Shown here piece by piece: positions 1 through 7,596 of a stretch of DNA of 34,378 nucleotides (its first letter is position 1; each line of letters starts with the position of its first letter). The notes below the pieces were generated by a model. The model had not been told where the DNA came from, did not search any database, and was given only the letters and a program-made list of their open reading frames with translations. Origin of the DNA: Opitutales bacterium (lineage in GTDB: Bacteria > Verrucomicrobiota > Verrucomicrobiia > Opitutales > Seribacteraceae); NCBI GenBank assembly GCA_038137385.1, contig JAYQBP010000004.1, positions 1 to 34,378 of the forward strand, written 5' to 3'. Made by a program: the position numbers and the translations under genes.

Positions 1-1428
1 AAGCGTGTTAGCTCCCATCCAGTCCTGAGACATGACAAAGTCGGCCCCAGCTCGGTGCAGGGGTTCAACATTTCGGTGTAGAAAGGCACGGCTGACAATT
101 TGAATATCAGGACGTAACTTTCGGCAATATATTGTGAGGTACATATTGCTCTCATCATTGTGACTGGTAATAACCACGGCGGGAGCCTTATTAATACCAG
201 CTCGTTCGAGAACGGTTTTTTCGGAGGCATCTCCCAAAATCGAATTGTCCACCATTTTGGCTTTTTTCTGGTCGGTTTCGATCACTCGATAGGGCACATT
301 CATTTCATGGAGGGTCTTGGCCGTTTCTCTTCCCACTCGTCCTGCCCCAATGATGATGACAGGAGCCGAGTTGCTCGAAAAGTTCCTAAAGTCATGGTCG
401 TACTTGTCAAAACTGGTTTGAGTGCCAGCGAGTAAAAGTACGGTGTGGTTATTGAGCATAGTCGAAGGCTCTGGAGTTTCAAAATTTCCCCGCTCCCAAA
501 TGCCAACCACATTGACACCGTATTCTTCACGCAGGGTGGTTTCCTGAAGTTGTTTGCCAACCAGAGGAGTGCCGTGGACAGTTGCTTCTGCGATCAATAC
601 TTCGCCAAAGGATCCAATGACATGGGTGTTGTTATCAGTACATGAAATGCGTCGGGCGAGGAAACTTCCCATTTGTTTGGCAAAACGAATCACATGGTTG
701 GCTCCGGCCAATTCAATGATGTCCTCAGAACTTGGGTTATTACAGGTACCCACAATGGGCAGTTTAGGGTCTAGGTCGCGGGCTCGAAAAGCCACGTTTA
801 CATTACGGATATCATCATCGGTAGCTACCACCATTGCGGCATTCTTGATGCCTGCTGCGTGAAAGGTTTCCTGATCCTCGATCGATCCAAACATCACCGG
901 TATGCCCATATCATGATATTTTTGGGCTTCTTTAATTTTATCGACCACTAAAACAAAGGGATAACCAAAATGAGTCAGTTTTTCCATCAAAGCATGACTG
1001 ATGGAGTCGTAATGAGTGAGAATAACATGTTTTTGCTCACCTGGTTCATACTTTTTCGGTACCCGGGCACCCGATTGGTACTCAACAAATGGTTTGTAGA
1101 GAAATTCCATGAAAGCAAATGGCAGAACGATAAAGAGATAAAAGACTCCGGTAAACATCACTGCCATAGAAAATAACCGTCCAGTATCACCCGCGAATGT
1201 GATATCTCCGTAGCCTAAGGTAGACATGGTGGTTAAGACCCAGTAAAAAGATTCGACCCAACCAATCTCTTCGCCATTTCGTTCGGCTCCCATGAAGGAG
1301 CGGTAAAGATTCATGTAGATCAGCACGAAAAGAGCGAGAACCATAAAAAACCGAAGAAGACGCGTGGCATTCTTGCGCCGATTACGTTCCCTGAAGATCG
1401 AGGGCATGAAATGGATCGAATCTTTCAT
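1..1428 (-). CDS. Potassium channel with 2 TM helices plus pore and tandem RCK (TrkA-N/TrkA-C) domains, GsuK/MthK-like; 3' end runs off the window
   Basis: Not in the ORF track; translated by hand from ATG 1428 (MKDSIHFMPSIFRERN...). The frame is open to position 1. It has a K+ selectivity filter (FYWVLTTMSTLGYGDITF) flanked by hydrophobic helices, a first RCK with a degenerate nucleotide loop (HVILTHYDSISHAL), a TrkA-C segment (GTPLVGKQLQETTLREEYGVNVVGIW) and a second RCK with IIGAGRVG. Confidence 0.93.
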   Translation of the reverse strand, partial: MKDSIHFMPSIFRERNRRKNATRLLRFFMVLALFVLIYMNLYRSFMGAERNGEEIGWVESFYWVLTTMSTLGYGDITFAGDTGRLFSMAVMFTGVFYLFIVLPFAFMEFLYKPFVEYQSGARVPKKYEPGEQKHVILTHYDSISHALMEKLTHFGYPFVLVVDKIKEAQKYHDMGIPVMFGSIEDQETFHAAGIKNAAMVVATDDDIRNVNVAFRARDLDPKLPIVGTCNNPSSEDIIELAGANHVIRFAKQMGSFLARRISCTDNNTHVIGSFGEVLIAEATVHGTPLVGKQLQETTLREEYGVNVVGIWERGNFETPEPSTMLNNHTVLLLAGTQTSFDKYDHDFRNFSSNSAPVIIIGAGRVGRETAKTLHEMNVPYRVIETDQKKAKMVDNSILGDASEKTVLERAGINKAPAVVITSHNDESNMYLTIYCRKLRPDIQIVSRAFLHRNVEPLHRAGADFVMSQDWMGANTL

Positions 1429-1434
1429 GACTAT

Positions 1435-1440
1435 CTCCTT
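1435..1440 (-). promoter_or_regulatory. Shine-Dalgarno site of the K+ channel gene
   Basis: The minus strand reads AAGGAG-atagtc-ATG, a 6-nt spacer to the ATG at 1428. Confidence 0.7.
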
Positions 1441-1519
1441 CTTCATAGATACATTAATGCCTAGGAGCGAGAATGTTTTGCGCCCAATTCTTGAAGAATA
1501 AGAATAAGTTGCTTTCGAG

Positions 1520-2944
1520 TTGAAGAGTGGGCTCGAATCGAAGAAAGCTTGTTGTGTGCCTATCTTCTCTTCAGTTATCCTTTTCCTTTGTTTGATCCCA
1601 AGCTGTTGGTCTGCTGAAAGATGGTTGAATTTTGGGAAAGTCAGTGAGTTGAGCAAGCAGGCGTCCTCATCCGACTGGCCAAGATTTAACGGGCCTTCGG
1701 ATGATGCCAAGTCCCCAGAGTCTTTCTTGATTGATTCTTGGCCTGAAAATGGGCCCCGTTTACTTTGGTCTTTGAAAAAGGGTTTTGGGTATGCCTCTCC
1801 CGCAGTGGTGGGAAACACTCTTTTGTTATTTCATTTGGAGGATGGTCAAGAGAGGGTCGAAGCGGTGAATGCAGAAACGGGTGAACCCATTTGGGAATTT
1901 TCATATCCAGTACTCTATAAGGACCGGTATGGATATTCTGCAGGTCCAAGGGCGAGTCCGGTGGTCTATGATGGATTGGTTTATGTTCATGGGGTAACCG
2001 CCTGGTTGACCTGTCTTGATTTAAAAACGGGACAACTAGTTTGGCAGAGAGATTTGACCAAGGAATATCAAGTGCCCCGTTATTTCTTTGGAAAAGGATC
2101 CAACCCGATTGTTGCAGATAATATATTGGTCCTAAATTTAGGGGGAGAAAAGAGAGAGTGCATGGTGGGAATGGACCGGAAAACAGGAAAAACAAAGTGG
2201 GTATTAAAAGATGACTGGGGTGCAAGCTACTCTTCTCCAATCTTGGCCAAAATTCATGGTCGCAAGGTTGGTCTGGCATTAACCGGGGGAGAAAGTAAGC
2301 CGGCCAAGGGTGGTCTTTTGATCTTTAATCCTCAAAATGGGGAGAGGTTGGTCCGGTTTCCTTGGCGTTCCAGCAAATATGAATCCGCCACAGCATGTCC
2401 GCCCATTTATCTTGGGGATGGATATGTTTTTCTATCCGAATGTTATGACCTAGGTTCTGTGGTATTGAAAGTCTCACCTGACTTTTCAGTGGAGGTGGTC
2501 TGGAAAAATTCCAAACTTGGTATTCATTGGATGACACCCATTGAAAAAGATGGCTATTTATATGGAGTATCTGGCAGGCATCAGCAAGGAGCGGAGGTTT
2601 TTTGCCTGGCGTGGAAAGAAGGGAGAGTTTTGTGGAAGGAAGCGATTAGCTGGAAGGAAACCATCTTGGGGAGAGAACTAAATTTACAGCTGTTTAGGGC
2701 CAGTTTTCTCTTGGTCGAACAGAAATTTTTATGCCTTTCTGAATTGGGCTCTTTGCTTTGGGCAGATTTTTCACCGGATGGATGGAAGGTGGAACAGTCT
2801 GCACAGCTTTTTTTCGCTCCCGAAAGTTGGACTCTACCAGCCCTGAGCCGAGGGCTACTCTATGTTATGCAAAACGATACGGACCGTGTAAGTGGTGAGG
2901 GAAGCCGTTTACTATGCTATGATTTCCGGGGTGGGTTGAAATGA
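1520..2944 (+). CDS. Exported PQQ-like beta-propeller repeat protein (BamB/PQQ_2-like family expanded in PVC bacteria); start codon uncertain (TTG 1520)
   Basis: N-terminal hydrophobic signal-like stretch (SVILFLCLIPSCWSA), DWPRFNGP motif, GYASPAV, GPRASPVV, and repeated tryptophan-docking motifs (NAETGEPIW, DLKTGQLVW, DRKTGKTKW). Confidence 0.85.
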   Translation: MKSGLESKKACCVPIFSSVILFLCLIPSCWSAERWLNFGKVSELSKQASSSDWPRFNGPSDDAKSPESFLIDSWPENGPRLLWSLKKGFGYASPAVVGNTLLLFHLEDGQERVEAVNAETGEPIWEFSYPVLYKDRYGYSAGPRASPVVYDGLVYVHGVTAWLTCLDLKTGQLVWQRDLTKEYQVPRYFFGKGSNPIVADNILVLNLGGEKRECMVGMDRKTGKTKWVLKDDWGASYSSPILAKIHGRKVGLALTGGESKPAKGGLLIFNPQNGERLVRFPWRSSKYESATACPPIYLGDGYVFLSECYDLGSVVLKVSPDFSVEVVWKNSKLGIHWMTPIEKDGYLYGVSGRHQQGAEVFCLAWKEGRVLWKEAISWKETILGRELNLQLFRASFLLVEQKFLCLSELGSLLWADFSPDGWKVEQSAQLFFAPESWTLPALSRGLLYVMQNDTDRVSGEGSRLLCYDFRGGLK

Positions 2945-5205
2945 CGGCTTCTTCTAAGGGAACTCCATCTATGGTTGAGGTTCTTCCTCTAGGTGGCTAT
3001 GACTTACCCCTTACATACGCAGTGAAAGCATCCTTGTTTGAAACCTTAAAGATTGGTTCATTGGTGAGGGTTCCTTTGGGTGTTCGCCGAGTAATTGGGG
3101 TGGTTTCTTCGACAACTCCGACGCACAATCCCGTGCCAGAGACACTGCGTTTTGTTTATTCCCTGGTTCAGCCAGAGCCCGTACTCAGTAAAGAATTGGT
3201 GAAGCTGGCTAAGTGGGTTTCTGCTTATTATGCGTGTTCTCTGGAAAGCACATTAGGGGCAATGATTCCTGCATCGGTGCGGGACGGTATGGTCGCCAAG
3301 AAAAGAAGAATGATCGAGGCGGTTGAAACTCCTGGTGATCAAGTGAGTCAGCTTCTTTCCCGTTCACCCAAGCAAATGCTTGCCTATGAAAGGCTGCTCG
3401 GGCTGGGAGCTCAAAAAGTGGATGCATTGAATTGGGCAAAAGAATCTAAGATTTCTCCGGGCATTCTAGCCGGCTTGATCGAAAAGGGTCTGGTGAAAGA
3501 ATCGATGAATGAGGTGAGTCGAGAAGCTTATGGGGATGATTGGAGTGAGTTAGCAACCGAGGAGGTTGAATCTTTGCGGGAGCTAACAGAGGAGCAACGA
3601 AAAGCAAGCTATGAGATTTTAGATGACTTGAAATCTGGCAAATTTAAGGCCCGTTTATTGCAGGGAGTGACCGGTTCCGGGAAGACTGAGGTATATTGTC
3701 AGGCAATGGAAAAGGTTCTTTCCGAAGGCGGGGGAGTTTTATTTCTTGTTCCAGAAGTGGCCCTAGCTCCTCAAACTGTCGATCGATTGCGGTCAAGATT
3801 TGGCAAATTGGGAGAGAAGGTAGTGGTTTGGCACAGTCAATTATCTGGTGGGGAACGCGTGGATGCTTGGCGTAATTTGGTAAACGCAAAGGCGAAGATT
3901 GTGGTGGGGGCACGCTCCGCAGTGTTTGCTCCGGTTCGAAATTTAAGACTGGTCGTGGTCGATGAAGAACACGAACAAGCTTATAAACAAGAAGATGCGC
4001 CGAGGTATCATGGGCGCGATGTGGCCGTTTACCGTTCCTTTTTAAATCAGGCAGTTTGTTTGCTTGGTTCAGCCACTCCTTCTCTGGAAACCGTCAGGAA
4101 TGTCGAATGTGGAAAGTATGAAAAATCGACTTTAACCAAACGGATTGATGGTCGAGAAATGCCTTTGGTTCACTTAGTCGATATGCGCAGGGAAGCTCTC
4201 AAACAAAAAACCGCTCCCGTGCTTTCCCAGCAACTCATTGAAGCCTTGAGGAGAAGATATGAGGGGCGTGAGCAGAGTATTCTATTTTTAAATCGTCGTG
4301 GATTTAATACCACCATGTTTTGCACCGAGTGTGGAGATGTAGAGCAGTGCCGGGATTGTAGCATTGCGATGACTTACCATCGAACGGATCATTCGTTACA
4401 TTGCCACCTGTGTGGATACCGTAAGCCTGCACCACAAATTTGTGGAAATTGTCAATCTTTGGATATACGTAAAAAAGGGCACGGGACGCAAAGGATTGAG
4501 GATTTGGTTGAGTCGGTTATGCCTCAAAAAGCCAAAGTGGTTCGGGTGGATGCGGATGTTATGACTAAAAAAAACCTTTTTCGTCAAATCCTGAGTGATT
4601 TCCGAAAGGGTAAGATTGATGTATTAGTAGGTACACAAATGATTGCCAAGGGATTAGACTTTCCCCGGGTCACCCTAGTCGGGGTGATCGATGCAGACCT
4701 TCCTTTACGTATGGAAGATTTTCGGGCCTCGGAACGAGCTTTTCAAATTTTAGTACAAGTAGCTGGACGGGCGGGTAGGGGAGACCGGGCTGGCGAAGTT
4801 TATGTTCAGACCTATGCCCCGCATGAAAGTTGTATTCAATTTGCCAGAAGAGCCCAGTTGGATGAATTCTTACAAGAAGAGTTAGCCATGAGGAAAGAGT
4901 TTAAATATCCGCCTTTTCGCCATCTTATTAGGCATGTATTTCGTGGTAGAAACGAAGATAAAACAAGGTTTTATGCTGAACAATGGCGTAGGAAACTGGA
5001 TGACACCAAACTTACTGATTTGGATGTAAAAGGACCGTCCGCTACCCCCCTGGCCAAGATGAAGGGATATTATCGGTATCATTTATTTTATCTTACCTCA
5101 TCGGTGAAGCATTCGTTGGACCAGATCCAAAAGCTAAGAAGTCAGTTTCCATTGGATAAAGAAATATTTGATCTTCTTGATGTAGACGCACATCAAGTTT
5201 CCTAA
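2941..5205 (+). CDS. priA: Primosomal protein N' (replication restart helicase PriA)
   Basis: Walker A GVTGSGKT, LVPEVALAPQ, VVGARSAVFAP, DEEH..YKQE, LGSATPSLE, NRRGF, four CxxC zinc pairs, GTQMIAKGLDFP and QVAGRAGR. It overlaps the upstream gene by ATGA (2941-2944). Confidence 0.97.
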   Translation: MTASSKGTPSMVEVLPLGGYDLPLTYAVKASLFETLKIGSLVRVPLGVRRVIGVVSSTTPTHNPVPETLRFVYSLVQPEPVLSKELVKLAKWVSAYYACSLESTLGAMIPASVRDGMVAKKRRMIEAVETPGDQVSQLLSRSPKQMLAYERLLGLGAQKVDALNWAKESKISPGILAGLIEKGLVKESMNEVSREAYGDDWSELATEEVESLRELTEEQRKASYEILDDLKSGKFKARLLQGVTGSGKTEVYCQAMEKVLSEGGGVLFLVPEVALAPQTVDRLRSRFGKLGEKVVVWHSQLSGGERVDAWRNLVNAKAKIVVGARSAVFAPVRNLRLVVVDEEHEQAYKQEDAPRYHGRDVAVYRSFLNQAVCLLGSATPSLETVRNVECGKYEKSTLTKRIDGREMPLVHLVDMRREALKQKTAPVLSQQLIEALRRRYEGREQSILFLNRRGFNTTMFCTECGDVEQCRDCSIAMTYHRTDHSLHCHLCGYRKPAPQICGNCQSLDIRKKGHGTQRIEDLVESVMPQKAKVVRVDADVMTKKNLFRQILSDFRKGKIDVLVGTQMIAKGLDFPRVTLVGVIDADLPLRMEDFRASERAFQILVQVAGRAGRGDRAGEVYVQTYAPHESCIQFARRAQLDEFLQEELAMRKEFKYPPFRHLIRHVFRGRNEDKTRFYAEQWRRKLDDTKLTDLDVKGPSATPLAKMKGYYRYHLFYLTSSVKHSLDQIQKLRSQFPLDKEIFDLLDVDAHQVS

Positions 5206-5220
5206 TTCATTAGATCCCTA

Positions 5221-7110
5221 TCAATACAAGGAACTGATTGGGACTTTCGCTCGGATGCCAAAAGGGTGCTTTCGGAGGATTAAAACTCCTGAACCTGCAG
5301 GCACCGTAAGGTCATTGAGGGGTCTATTGCCATTTTCCAACATTCTCCATCCTCCAGGATGAACCAAGACTTCGGGAATGAGGTGATAGAAGAAGCCACC
5401 TTCAAGAAGAGAGATTCTGACAATCTTACCGTCTTCAACAATGCCGACTGCTTTGGCCCCTTGTCCCCCACCTCCGATAATGGATAATCGAACATTGGTA
5501 TCATATCCTTCGCCAGGAGTCCCGGTCGACCAGTTGGCTTCTCCATTGTGGATGTAGTCGGAGTTGGATTGACAGTCCTTAAGCTCAAAAGAGTTAGAAC
5601 TTGCATTCATTACCTCCCAAGTTCCATTGACGGAGGATTCGACCACTAGACCTTCTCCCTGATTGACTGGATCTCCCGAAGCATTGACTTGAATTTTCTC
5701 TTCATTGGTTAATCTCCCAACTACAGAAGATATGGAAACCATGAATCCATTGGAAAGTCCATGGTTTGAAGAGATAACCAAAACATTGCCATTGGATGGG
5801 TTGGAGATGGATTCGATCTGCCCTGAAGTCATCGAAAAATCGTTTACGGTTAAAGCACCTCCAATCCCACTTCCGGATCGAGCAGAAATGCGGGCAGGAG
5901 TTGAAATGTTTAAATTAGTCCCATCGTGCCAGTAGGTCGACCAGATGGAAGATTTGAGAACCTGTAAATTGTCGGCTTTGTCTTGGTCTTTATGGGCTAG
6001 GAATAAATGACCAGAGATGGAGGAGTTATCCTCTGTTATCGATTGACTGGGAACTAGGTCGGATAGTTGAATGCTTGATGAATGGGGGTTGCAAACGAGT
6101 TTCTTTTTTCCTGTCTCAGGCAGTTCCCAATAGCTTGATTGGGTTGAAGCATAGCCCGAAATTGCTAGGTTTAATGCCCCCTCTGTCCTGCGGGCAACAA
6201 TGAGAGATTGATCGGGTTCGATAATCAAATGGGAGGAGATATTTTGGGGAGGATAAACTTCTTTCCAGTGATCTCCGTCGTGAAAGTAGGGTATGTAATC
6301 ACTGGAGTTGCCTTCTTGCTGACTGAATTCTTTGACCACATAAACCCAGTCTGCCAGAGATTCGTTTTGATCCGAATATAACTGGGTACTTCCGTAACCC
6401 AACAGAGAACCTAAAGTCCAACCATTAAAAACTTCCACTTCAGTTCCTGATGGACAAATCGTAGTCAGATCAAAGCCGGATGAATTGTCGAGTTCGAGAG
6501 CGTCCTCCGAGTTGGATAAAATACGGAAAAACAGCCCAGAGTAGTTCGATTCATTATCCATGATACGAATGAAATACGGACCCCCATCGATGCTTACTTG
6601 TGGTAAATTCTGATAACCAAGTCCACGATTGACGATATGGATTGATGAAACCTGTTGAGTGGATGAGTCAGTTTCCGTTTCAGCATATGCGGGGAAAATT
6701 TCAGATGCAGTCCCGTTTCCATCCATTGGCGGAGAGATGTCAATCGTGGGTGTTCCTAGATAGTTGGCTCCTGCATCCACCAGGGTGATCGAATCAATCG
6801 ATCCATTTTCATCAAGCACTGCACTGGCACGAGCCTTCCGGCTTCCTAAAACTCCAGGAGTAAATGGCCCCTTGAGAACAGCAGGGTTTGAAATGTCAGG
6901 AATTTTTTCAAAGGTAACATTGTTTTCCTGAATAGAAAGGGTATTTCCCCGGAAAAGAGGTTCTCCATCAATTCCAGGAGAAAGAATGGAAAAGCTAGGT
7001 GATTGTGGCGTACCACTTTCTAATACAATATTTACGATCCCAGTAGGTGTGTTGGAAAATAAGCTTTTCACCAAAACAAGAAACCCGAAAGCAACTAGAT
7101 TCTTTGCCAT
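5221..7110 (-). CDS. Exported hypothetical protein resembling the verrucomicrobial TIGR02597 family, with inserted beta-rich domains
   Basis: The ORF runs 5221..7143; ATG 7110 (MAKNLVAFGFLVLVKSLFS) gives a signal-peptide-like start. Motifs TPTG, PYFIRI...FRILSNS, WTLGSLLG and the internal repeat AD-x-V-x-V...YFHDG...W...IEPDQSLIVARR / ADNLQV...YWHDG...GWR...VPAGSGVLILRK recall TIGR02597. The family call is from memory; no HMM was run. Confidence 0.6.
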   Translation of the reverse strand: MAKNLVAFGFLVLVKSLFSNTPTGIVNIVLESGTPQSPSFSILSPGIDGEPLFRGNTLSIQENNVTFEKIPDISNPAVLKGPFTPGVLGSRKARASAVLDENGSIDSITLVDAGANYLGTPTIDISPPMDGNGTASEIFPAYAETETDSSTQQVSSIHIVNRGLGYQNLPQVSIDGGPYFIRIMDNESNYSGLFFRILSNSEDALELDNSSGFDLTTICPSGTEVEVFNGWTLGSLLGYGSTQLYSDQNESLADWVYVVKEFSQQEGNSSDYIPYFHDGDHWKEVYPPQNISSHLIIEPDQSLIVARRTEGALNLAISGYASTQSSYWELPETGKKKLVCNPHSSSIQLSDLVPSQSITEDNSSISGHLFLAHKDQDKADNLQVLKSSIWSTYWHDGTNLNISTPARISARSGSGIGGALTVNDFSMTSGQIESISNPSNGNVLVISSNHGLSNGFMVSISSVVGRLTNEEKIQVNASGDPVNQGEGLVVESSVNGTWEVMNASSNSFELKDCQSNSDYIHNGEANWSTGTPGEGYDTNVRLSIIGGGGQGAKAVGIVEDGKIVRISLLEGGFFYHLIPEVLVHPGGWRMLENGNRPLNDLTVPAGSGVLILRKHPFGIRAKVPISSLY

Positions 7111-7149
7111 AAAATGAGTTTTTGTTTTCGGATTCAAAATCACTCGGAA

Positions 7150-7170
7150 GGGAAGGGTGATGGGATAGGG
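7150..7170 (+). other. Canonical G-quadruplex motif (C-rich on the mRNA strand) in an intergenic spacer
   Basis: GGG-AA-GGG-TGAT-GGG-ATA-GGG at 7150-7170, immediately after the rhodanese stop codon. Confidence 0.45.
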
Positions 7171-7172
7171 AT

Positions 7173-7553
7173 TTAAGGTTTGCTAATTGGTTTCCCCGCT
7201 TTTTTCCAACCTGAAATTCCGGCAGAAAGATGTCTCAGGTTATGATATCCCAGTTCGGATGCGGCTTTTATTCCTTTCATGTAAGCACCGCAGAGAGGGC
7301 CTCCACAATAAGCTACAATCAAGGTATCTTTTTGTTTAGGAAGTAATTGTTTTAAGTTATTTTTTTCTGAGGAATAGTGAATTGCACCAGGAATATGTCC
7401 TTTTTTATAGGAGTTTTCACCATTTACATCGAGAATGGCTACCTTGTTAGATTGGATAGCCTGTTCAAGTTCCTCGATGGATATCTCGGGCAATTTTTTA
7501 GCACAAAGAGAAGCGAAGGAAATAAAGAACAGAGTAAGAATCGATTTTTTCAT
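7173..7553 (-). CDS. Secreted single-domain rhodanese-like protein
   Basis: Signal peptide MKKSILTLFFISFASLCA, ILDVN...Y..GHIPGA, active-site loop VAYCGGPLC, and C-terminal LSAGISGW. Confidence 0.9.
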   Translation of the reverse strand: MKKSILTLFFISFASLCAKKLPEISIEELEQAIQSNKVAILDVNGENSYKKGHIPGAIHYSSEKNNLKQLLPKQKDTLIVAYCGGPLCGAYMKGIKAASELGYHNLRHLSAGISGWKKAGKPISKP

Positions 7554-7596
7554 GGTTTTTGTTATTAATTTAGAGAATTAGAGGGAGTGAAAAGGG

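Noticed and set aside
160-1176. Short ORFs listed at the left end
   Set aside because: They are shadows of the minus-strand K+ channel gene at 1..1428.
4567-4574. A8 tract in priA as a phase-variation site
   Set aside because: It is short and in frame, and is explained by Lys-Lys-Asn codons in a housekeeping gene.
5206-5220. Bidirectional terminator between convergent priA and the TIGR02597-like gene
   Set aside because: The gap is only 15 bp and has no convincing GC stem with a U-tract.
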